From NCBI GenBank assembly GCA_002269645.1, contig NIVC01004208.1, positions 1 through 55,150 of the forward strand: a stretch of 55,150 bases of DNA, in the 5' to 3' direction. A model generated the notes under the pieces. The model saw nothing but the letters and a program-made list of their open reading frames with translations. It had not been told where the DNA came from and searched no databases. A program made the translations under genes and the position numbers. Positions within the stretch are counted from its first letter, which is position 1; every line of letters starts with the position of its first letter. Positions 46,103-55,150 of the stretch are shown piece by piece. Origin of the DNA: Macrostomum lignano. Its lineage: Eukaryota.

Positions 46103-46435
46103 ATGGAGAGCTGGTTCAAAACCGATTCTAATGTGATTAATTATCTCACACCCAATATGTTGGAGAATAAAGAATATAATATTATATGTTTGAGACAGGT
46201 TAAATTTATTGGGCTTCAATCAATATTTTTACAATTAGATGGGCAAAAAATTTTATGTCTAAGCGGAGATGATGTTAAAAATTTTCCTGTTTTAGTTATT
46301 AATAAACCTAAAGCGTTTGTTATGAAATACTGCAACGAGGGTGGATTGCAATTTAAACTAAAACAAACAAATAATAAAAAGAGTGATAGGACTGTAAAAT
46401 TGGCGGCTGTTTGGGAGGATGACGACGAAGACTAA
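46103..46435 (+). CDS. Polinton hypothetical protein (110 aa)
   Basis: TAAAAATG start and an acidic C-terminus. Confidence 0.5.
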   Translation: MESWFKTDSNVINYLTPNMLENKEYNIICLRQVKFIGLQSIFLQLDGQKILCLSGDDVKNFPVLVINKPKAFVMKYCNEGGLQFKLKQTNNKKSDRTVKLAAVWEDDDED

Positions 46436-46813
46436 ATTTTTTATAAGAAAATGGATACGATAAAAATCCTTATCACTAAAGAGCGTGAACTTAATGATAT
46501 TAATAAAAAAATAAATATAATTATATCTCAGAAATATCATGAGTATGGGGACGATATGTTTCCCATCCGATATGAATAGATAAAAGAAAACGTTTTTTAA
46601 ACAAGATATTGTTTATGCTGAAATAGTAATTGAAATTGAAATAGATAGATTGGTTAGAAAAATAAAAAAACTTAGGAAAAAAATAAAGGATTGTTTAAGT
46701 TACCCTGACGACTGCGAGGAAAATTGGCCTTCAATATTATATGAAATCGAAATGGATATTATGCTTAAACAATTACATGCTTTAGTTTTTTTCCGCCCGA
46801 AGGGTCGCGGATT

Positions 46814-49800
46814 TTATCCGATAAGTAATTTTTCTGTTAATCTCTTCCAGTTATTCAAGACTTTTTCCTTATTTAATTTTTTAAGTTCTTTTGGAAATGT
46901 TGAATAATAATTATCTATATCTTTTTCATATTCTAGAAATGTATTATATTCACAATCACATTCGGATTCACAATCACAATCGTAATAATAATTATTTATT
47001 GCCGCTTTGTATTCATTATATTTACTTATTATATCTTCTTTTTGTTTTTTATCTTTTATCATATTTTTTATCTCTTCTTTTAAACCATATGGATATGTTT
47101 TAATTTTATCATCTAAATATCTTTTATCATCAAATGGACTTAATGTTTTTTTATCTGTCTCGATGACAAACATCTGATGCTTATCTGAATTTAATCGATA
47201 TTGTGGAGCATGATAATTTTCAATTGTATTAAGGTAATCTAAAAGTACGTTTTTATAATCATCAAATGTTATCTTTTTTACTGCTGCTCTTGATACCCCT
47301 TTTATTTTTTTTACCTCTCCCTCCTGTCCTAAAACCTTAAATGCATAGCATTTTGATCTTATTGCTATAAACTCGGTTATGATTTTGCTATTTAATTCAT
47401 CTTTCATTTTAAGTACAACTTTTTTATTTTGATCTGATTTTAAAGGATGGTTATCCGGATAGTCGGAGGTATCCAATGTATCCTTAATTTTTTCCATATC
47501 TTTATAGACATCGAACCTTTGGTTCGCGGACTCCGTCCGATCTGTTTCAACCTTAAATACCAAACTGTCGGTGTCTGCATATATTGGATAGTTATCTGGC
47601 CATGTTTTATTTATAACATCATAATAGTATTCATACATTACCAGCTTTGCATAATCTAAAACAACCATTCCAATAAATATTGGTTTAAGAAATTTTGTTG
47701 TTTTATTTCTCATATGAATACCCATAAAGTTATCATCAAATTTTATAAAGTCTTTAAAGTTAGGTTTTGAGAAATATTTCTTTGCTTTATCAATATCCTT
47801 TTCTAAATGGAATTGGGTTCTATCTCTAATATTTTCAACCGTTTTTCCATAAAAAGCATTATTCATTAATTTCCAATAATCTTTCTCAAAATTTGTTTTT
47901 GACATCTGTCTCTGATTTGAATTAAAGTCAATATATTTAGCTAACCAATCTTCCTCAATAAACGATATTGTTCGATGTACTTTAGACACTTTTAATCCCT
48001 GTTTTTCATAAAATTGTAGAAGCTTATAATGCACTACATAGTTTTTCTTATCATGTAAATTTAATATTAATTTTTTTGTTGCTAGATGTTTTGCATTATC
48101 TGCTTTAAGATAATCTTTTTGTGTTTGTGATAAATCATCTTCATTAACTGAACAATGCTCTGGAGCTAAAGGATATTTATATGTTTTTGCTTTTGCTTCC
48201 CGAGTATATTGCAAATCCACTTCTACGATACAGCCCCTTCCTTCGGGAATATTTTTGTAATAATCGGGGTCATCTTCCCATTGGAAATCAGCTATTGGTA
48301 ATTTTTGTTTCATACAACCACCGTATAAATTGTTTGCATCTAGATATAATACATATGATGATTTTTCTTTTTTATTATAATTTGGAAGATACTTATTATT
48401 TACTTTAGTATATCTATCTCCTAGTACACCCGAGAATCCGCCGCGAATTCCTCTCTCAATCATTAACAACATATCATGATCAGTTAGTAAATCAATCTTA
48501 ACATCTGTATGTTTCAAACCACAAGCCCATGTTAATCCCGGTGCACTGAAACAATATGCGGGATCAATTTTAAAATTCTCATATGTATGATTCCTAAAGT
48601 TTTCAAATGCATCAGCTAATAGGAGAACATCTGCTTTAAGATATAGATTATGATAATCTTTAAATGTTTTACAATTAAAGTATTTCCATACTTTTTGAGC
48701 GTGTTCATAATCCGATTCACTTATGTTTGTTTGTGATAATGTTGAATAAAACTTTTCAATTGGGGGTAATTCGGTATGAAAAATACCTCTTCAGATGTTA
48801 CATATTCATATGGGTAGATGCCCTTACGAGTTAATAGCATTAGTTCTTCCTCGGATAGTTTTTCTTTTTGAAACGATTCAATAAGATTGGAAAGTTTTTC
48901 TTTACTATTTCTAAATCCCATGGTTTTGGAACTAATGATGAAACAACATTTGCTAAAGATGTTGATAAGAATCTCAAGGAATCTAGAAAAACTAGATGGG
49001 AGTATTTCTTACCATATGTTATTGATATGTAATTTTCTGATGTTTTAGGTAATATATTTATTTCATATTCATCCTTTCCTAAATGAAGCAATTCTCGAAC
49101 TAAGAAATGAAAATCATATCCGGAACCATTATGAAAAAATACTGGTATTTCCTTACATCCTTTTCCTTCTTTTGCATTACATGATCTACATGCTGCCCCT
49201 CGATAATTTCCTGTTAGATGACAATGTTCTCGTATCTTATTATTCTTACTTAAATGTCTTTTGCACATAAAACAATTTGTTGCATTTTTATAATTGTCTC
49301 TATCCTTATTTGTCATATTAATATTTTTTGATAATTTATCATATTGATTTTGAATATATTCAAATACATTTACTAATGATTCTGCCATGTGCTTAGCTGC
49401 ATCATTACCGTGGTAAGTAATCATCCTTGATTTAAATATATGATCAGCTACAGAGTGTACATATATACAATAACTATTCGGAAACTGTTGTGCCAATTTT
49501 TTTGTGCATTCGTCGCGTGCTCAGATATCATCAGATGCCGTCTGTGATTCTTTTAAGGGAACATTTGTTGCTTCAAAATCAGCATATATTACTATTGGTT
49601 TTTTAACTGCCATATAATGTTGTTGGAACTTTAGGGTTGCATCTTCAGATGCTGGCATTATAGCATTAGTAAATTTGTGATCTAAACAAAATCGTTGGTG
49701 GTTTTTAAGAGCTGTTTCATCCTTTTTAAATGTAAAACAATTTCTACATAGTGGATATCTATTTCTATTTTCTCTTAAAAAAGAACTAATATCTTTTATG

Positions 49801-50774
49801 TATATATAATGTGTTTCATTTTCGCGCTGCATGTACAAAAGATCGATTTGATCTGGTGCTGTTATATCAGTTGCTGGCTTAACAAGATAACACCTTTTCT
49901 TATACCATTCTGGATCGGTTAAAATTTCTTCTAGATCTTTTGGTTCTTCAATTGTAAACACATTAATATTTAAACCATTCATTTTTTCAATCTTATATAT
50001 ATCATCTATTGCTACTGGGTATGATATGTTTTTCATTATTATTTCATCCTCATATTGTCTATAATTATATATTTTATTAATGTGTGATTCTACTTGATTG
50101 TGATATTTATGAATTAATAAACACCATAATAAACATTTATTATCTTTATTGTCTGGATTTATAATCATAGGTGATTTAAATTTGAGCTTCATATGTGATC
50201 GTCCTTTAAGAATTTCTATAGGTGCAATCTTTACTATTGCTGAATTACAGGATACAAATATAAACCCAGATCCGTTTTCTGTCATCTTATCTATCCATTC
50301 ATCAAACTCAGCTTCTATTTGATCGAATTGATTGTTGTAATTTCCCATTGATAATAATGTTTTATATGATTCTTGTGAAAAGTTATTTATTACTTCAATT
50401 TCTGAATTTGCATTAAGAATATTTGGTTTTTTAAATTCTGTTTCAACTTCTATTTTATACTTAATTGGCTGTCGTTTGTTATTTGGCCTTATAGTATAAT
50501 TGTTTAATATGGTCTTTAATTTATCTTTCATTTGTTTAAAATATTCTTTATAATTTGTATTTATATCTATATCTATATATATTACTTCAGCTCCATTTTG
50601 TCCTTGTGGTTGGGGGTTATTAATATCATTTAATTGTCTTTCTAAACGTATCTCATTTTCTGCCCTAATTCTTGCTTCTATTTCAGCCCTATCGGCAATT
50701 CGTTGTGCTTCGATTTGAGCTATTAATTGCGCTCTAAGTTCAGGGTTGTCGATTTGAGCTAAAATTGCTTCCAT
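46814..50774 (-). CDS. polB: Protein-primed family B DNA polymerase with terminal-protein region and EndoVII-like Zn insert; one in-frame TGA and two frameshifts
   Basis: IYADFE, CFMC...REHCHLTGNYRGAACRSCN, FFHNGSGYDFH, RKGIYPYEY, LYLDANNLYG, KLMNNAFYGK, YADTDS. TGA at 49521-49523; shifts near 48885 and 48778. Confidence 0.93.
47512..47539. other. 28-bp double-hairpin element (representative copy; others at 25471, 26971, 40561, 41014, 41849, 41901, 46793, 52417)
   Basis: AT|CGAACC-TTT-GGTTCG CGGAC-TCC-GTCCG|AT. Confidence 0.85.
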
Positions 50775-50856
50775 TTTATAGAATAAAATTTATATAATGT
50801 TTGAATTATTGATTTTTTAATTTTGTGTTTTTGGTGTCCAGACCCCCCCCAGGAGC

Positions 50857-51846
50857 CTATTCGAGATCTGCTTTTGGTAATAGCAATCCATTGCCCATAA
50901 CGTTTGAATTTAAGAAAATTCCTGAACCTGCTTTTGGTCGCATTTCGAGATATAATCCGCTTCCGTCGTGTTTTTCAATGATATTAAAATCTTTTCCTAA
51001 TTTATTAAAAATTTTCTGAACAGCTGGTCTAAAATTGGATCCAATATTGTCAAAAAATCCTTTAGCTTTCTCACCCGTTTTTTCTAAAGTTTGACCAAAT
51101 TCATGTAGTTTATCTGCTACAACTCCACTTCCTTGGGTTGTTCCTTTTAGTACCAAACCATTCCCGTGATTTGTTCCTTGCAAGAGTAAACCTTTTCCGG
51201 CTGCTAACCTAGCTTCTGCATTTCTTTTTTGCTCTGCTGTTGCTGAACTACTATTAATGTATCAATAAGTTTCTGTTTGAATTGTGCGTCCTGTGTTATT
51301 TGCTGTCTTTGAAATTCGGCCTCTCTTTTAGCTTTTTCGTCCGCAGCTTTTTTGTCATTTACTGCTTTTGCAATTCCAGCTGCTCCGCCAGCAACTCCTC
51401 CAGCTGCTCCAATTCCTGCAAAAATTATTGGGAGCAAAGCTGCAAGGGGTAAGATTCCCCCCTGTTTCGCTCTTAACTCTCCTAGCTGTTTTACATTATC
51501 ATGAATTCTTTTTCCGGCTAAACCGACTGCTCCAGCTGCCCAAGTCCTAAAAGAAGCGGTAGAATGGGTAGTAATCCGCCGTCCTTTTTAGTGTGAGTCT
51601 CCATTAAAAATTTCACATCGGAGTCTGTCAACCTATAATTTCTGCCGCGATTCTTAAAGGATATTGGCCTTCCTTCTTGTGCATATTTTGCTGCGAGTTT
51701 AAATGTATCGATGTCGTAGTCAAACTTTTTACCTAATCGATCCAATCTTTTTAACATTGTGTGGCTATGTTTATTATCATCAAGATTTAAGTATCTACAA
51801 TTTCTCCTATAAAATATAACCGGTTTTCATCATTAACTGAGTCCAT
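50857..51846 (-). CDS. Core protein with two adenovirus pX-like motifs and GxG repeats (about three frameshifts)
   Basis: KDGGLLPILPLLLGLG and KQGGILPLAALLPIIFAGIGAAGGVAGGAAGIAKAVNDKK; ORF pieces 51518..51757, 51204..51437 and 50857..51183 join by 1-nt shifts. Confidence 0.65.
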
Positions 51847-51856
51847 TTTTATATTG

Positions 51857-52255
51857 TTAAAATTTCTTTAATCCTTTTCCACCTTTAATAGTATTTAACA
51901 TTTTATTAAAATCCTGAATATCTTTATTACTTATTGGTGCGCTTTTCGTGGGGGTTTCTGTTGGTTGTGCGGCTTGTGCCAGCTTTAAATCTTTTATTGC
52001 ATTTATTTGTGAGAGGGTGTCGTTAAAATCTCTCAATTTCTTTAGTTCTTCTGCCGCTCTAGCTGCTTCAATTCCTCCTTTTACAGCATTTGTTATAGAG
52101 CCTGCTGCAGAGCCAGCTTGCCCTATAAGCCCCATATTGTCTTTAACAAAATTTGCTGCTGTTCCAACCAAATCAAAAAGTCCCTCACCTCGGTATTCAA
52201 TTGGATCTCCTACCTGATACTCATTTATATTTTGCACATGTGTAACGTGTGTCAT
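51857..52255 (-). CDS. Amphipathic-helix core/membrane-active protein (adintovirus cupiennin/pVI-like)
   Basis: RGEGLFDLVGTAANFVK amphipathic helix after a GxG motif; C-terminal KGGKGLKKF. Confidence 0.6.
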   Translation of the reverse strand: MTHVTHVQNINEYQVGDPIEYRGEGLFDLVGTAANFVKDNMGLIGQAGSAAGSITNAVKGGIEAARAAEELKKLRDFNDTLSQINAIKDLKLAQAAQPTETPTKSAPISNKDIQDFNKMLNTIKGGKGLKKF

Positions 52256-52544
52256 TTTTTGTTCTATTTTTAGTAACAGAAAAATTAAGTTGCAGACACT
52301 AAAGAAAAGGGTAGTGTGCAAGCATCTCGAGCGGTTTTATTTTATAGCTCTTTTTTTACTCTTTTTTGTATAGAAAATAAAGAAGACGCAAACACAAAAG
52401 ATTCTCTATCCAAAAATGAACCTATGGTTCGCGGGCTGTGCCCAGTGGCACCATGGCCTGCTCCGTTGGAGCAAAAAGAAGCTTTTATTTCAATGTGTTT
52501 TTTGGAAATCCAGAATTTTTTCTGGACATTTGTCAACAATTCAT

Positions 52545-53019
52545 TCATTCATTGATGCTGGACGCCCCCATTTCACTTGTGGCAGCGGAAATTGTGTCTT
52601 CATCGAAAAGCATTGTGTCATCATCCTCTCCTTCGAAATCGTAGGTGATTTGGCGCTCAATGAGGCAACGGAAATTCTCATCTTCAGTCGCCAGCTTCTC
52701 GATTGGCTTTTTGAACGTCAACAGGGTTTCAAAAGAATACCCAGAAATTACCAGTGCGGGGTATGCGCTAATAAGCGCCGAAAAAGTAAATAGGCGCTGA
52801 GTGAACTTGACGTCAATCGCCAGTTTTTGCGAAATGGCATCGATTCTCAGACCTAGCTTTTCACGCATGGTGACAACAACCTCCGCTTGTTTCTTGCGGG
52901 CAAAACACCCCAAGACATCCAGGTTCGAGATGAAGCTTTCCAGGTGATTAAATTGATTAATCAATTGTGCTTCAATGGCGCCAACTTCGGTGGTACACAC
53001 TTCCTTAGCGTTGTCGAAC
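52545..53019 (-). CDS. Spliced Polinton accessory gene, exon 2
   Basis: Acceptor TTTCATTTTAG|G; removing the 72-nt intron gives a 254-aa ORF. Confidence 0.75.
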
Positions 53020-53091
53020 CTAAAATGAAATTAACTAAGTTGTTGAAATTGTTTTTCATTGGGAGATAATATTCGAAAAAATTTAACTTAC

Positions 53092-53381
53092 CGAGTTTTG
53101 ATGGTATATCTCTCGTTTTCAACTTGTCTCATTTTTTCAATGAGACGACCAATAAACCGACTTTCTCGCTGGCTTTTGTCCGTGGCCTCTTTCTTCTTCT
53201 CCTTCTTCTCTCGCTCTTCGGTCTCAGATTCAATCTTCACTAGCTGCTTTAGCAGCAAGTCCTGCTCCGCTGGAGGCATGCGGCTAATTGCAACTGCTGA
53301 GCTAGCTTGATCTTTGGCGCTAATACTTTTAATGGAGGCTACAATCTTACTTGGGCGCTTTCTATCGCTGGAAGATGCCAT
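53092..53381 (-). CDS. Spliced Polinton accessory gene, exon 1
   Basis: TAAAAATG start; donor CG|GTAAGT at 53091. Confidence 0.75.
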
Positions 53382-53754
53382 TTTTAGCTAATGTTTAATG
53401 GATGCTAAATATTTTTTTATTTTCTAAGAGGTGAGCAAGAGCGGGGTTGATGGTTGTGGTTTTTATAGAGTTGAAGTAGAGTGGGCGTTCAATTCCTGCT
53501 GCAGCAAGATTTTGCAAGATGGCAGAAACAGCAAATTACTTCTTATACTGTAGATGGCTGTGAGACAGTCTGCTTTTATTGAAAAACACGTCTCAACAAG
53601 TAGCATTTTCTGCACCTCCCTGCGCGTGAGTCAGTTTGTGCCAGTTGTGTTGCTGCCTTTCGCTGTGATAAAATGAACAATAGTGGCTATGAGAGTAATT
53701 TTTTTGTTGAGTGCTTCTATACCATGACTCAGTTTAAACTCTTGTGCCCAAGCC

Positions 53755-54103
53755 CCTGACCCTACGCGCCTGCGGCGCGGCCTGGGGTTATAAAGTAGTA
53801 GTAGGTAAAAAGACGCTTCTAGATCAGACCTATTGAAAATGATGATTTGAAGGGCTATTAATGGGGGGACGCGAGGGGATTGTTTGGTTGTGATAGGGTG
53901 TGTTATTGGGAATATGGGTGAATATTGTGTGATTTGTGTGAGTTGGTGGTGTTAATGGGAGGTAGTGGGAGGTAGTGTGTTTAAGGGGGGTAAAGGGTAT
54001 TTAGATGTGTTTTTTTAGTACCCCTCGTGTCCCCCCACTAGCCCTTCAAATCAGCATGTTAAATAGGGGTTCTGGGTCTAGAAGCGTCTTTTTACCTACT
54101 ACT
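53755..54103. repeat. Right TIR of the Polinton (self-complementary hairpin 53794-54103)
   Basis: Its reverse complement aligns with the left TIR, including CGCGCCGCAGGCGCG, but is diverged. Confidence 0.85.
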
Positions 54104-54490
54104 CAGGACTGCTTTCAGACATGGTGCACACGGATGCGACGGTGCATAGATAGTGGTGGAAAGTACTTTTAGGGAATGTGACACTGATTAGACGCCTCGG
54201 GTGCTGTAGCACAGAGTTGTGAGGTCACTTGCAGAACTTTTTGATCACCCCTCGTAGATAGTAGTGTCGCGACTTTCCTAGTCATTTCTTAGTTCACCTT
54301 CACTTGTCTCTGTTTACTCTGTTTTCTCTCTCTCTCTCTGTGTCTAGCTCAATCTTGTTATTCTTATCTCTCTCTCCCTTGCTGCGTTCTGATTGGCTCT
54401 CCGTTCTCGCCTCTTTCCTCAGTCGCGCACTCCACCCCCCTTGTCTTATCCAAGGACGACTTAAGTAGAAGGACGGGAAACCTCGTTTCT

Positions 54491-55150
54491 TAGAAAATTT
54501 TAGAAGGCAGGTTTTCCCGAAAAAATACACTACGGAGATAGGAAGTTTTCATTTTTTCAGCACAAAAATTGTTTTTGCTTTTGATAGGAGGCAGTTCCAG
54601 TGTTCATCTTTTGATATGTTGTGCCTTTCTTATTGCTTTATCGATATTAATGAAGCTATTCGTACAGAAAATTAGGATTCTATGTTAATTTTTTATTCTG
54701 CGTACATTACCTGAACAAAATAATAATAATGCATTGCACAGCTCCAAATCATTGGTTTTATCTCGTATAGCTTCGCCACTCGTGAAAAATTTATCATTGT
54801 CTACCTCCAAAACCATATACACAAACACATTGTCTCATGAATGTATTTTTAGAAGCCTAAAATAATGATTCCTAAGCGTGGAATAATGAGCGTACAGCAT
54901 GACACAATGGTATTTAGGCACAAGACATCGGAAATGTACGTAGAATAAGAAATTAACATAGAATCCTAATTTTCTGAACGAAAAGCTCTATGAATATCGA
55001 TAGAGCAATGAAAAAGGCACAACATATCAAAAGATGAACACTGGAACTGCCTCCTATCAAAAGCAATAACAATTTTTGTGCTGAAAAAATGAAAACTTCC
55101 TATCTCCGTAGTATATTTTTTCGGGAAAACCTGCCTTCTAAAATTTTCTA
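54491..55150. repeat. Long inverted repeat (arms ~54491-54660 and ~54980-55150), probably TIRs of a foldback/MITE element
   Basis: TAGAAAATTTTAGAAGGCAGG... is mirrored at the window end and may extend beyond it. Confidence 0.8.

Larger units (their letters stand above)
24747..54103. mobile_element. Polinton/Maverick (adintovirus-type endogenous virus) with a nested Gypsy element
   Basis: AGTAGT...ACTACT termini and TIRs; pPolB, rve integrase, MCP, penton, A32-like ATPase and adenain; ~19.2 kb after removing the Gypsy. No TSD found. Confidence 0.95.

Noticed and set aside
49501-49528. Additional double-hairpin copy at the PolB in-frame TGA
   Set aside because: Only the central TCGCGTGC matches and the outer arms do not pair; at best a decayed remnant.

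Overview
Eukaryotic (invertebrate-type) genomic DNA. GC-rich, intron-poor genes sit among many mini/microsatellites; this resembles the flatworm Macrostomum, but that is inference only. Host part (1-24.7 kb): last exon of a Cys-loop ion channel, a 2-exon purple acid phosphatase (ACP7-like), an intronless PPEF/rdgC phosphatase, a 4-exon NDUFA10, a tRNA-derived SINE, hAT-like MITEs and Helitron-like ends. From 24747 to 54103 lies a Polinton/Maverick (adintovirus-type endogenous dsDNA virus, about 19 kb without its nested insert). It encodes a protein-primed PolB, PLA2 fused to integrase, major and minor capsid proteins, packaging ATPase, adenain protease, a fibre, pX-like core proteins, an HNH nuclease and a spliced accessory gene. 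Its major capsid gene is split by a young 10.1-kb Ty3/Gypsy LTR retrotransposon (TSD CAAA, tRNA-Leu PBS). The most unusual signal is a family of 28-bp structure-conserved double-hairpin elements, flanked by AT, that are scattered through the virus and inserted in-frame into PolB, the ATPase and other ORFs. Each viral terminus is also itself a ~270-310-nt co-varying hairpin. Many 1-nt indels at homopolymers suggest long-read assembly errors. All alignments and identities were judged by eye.
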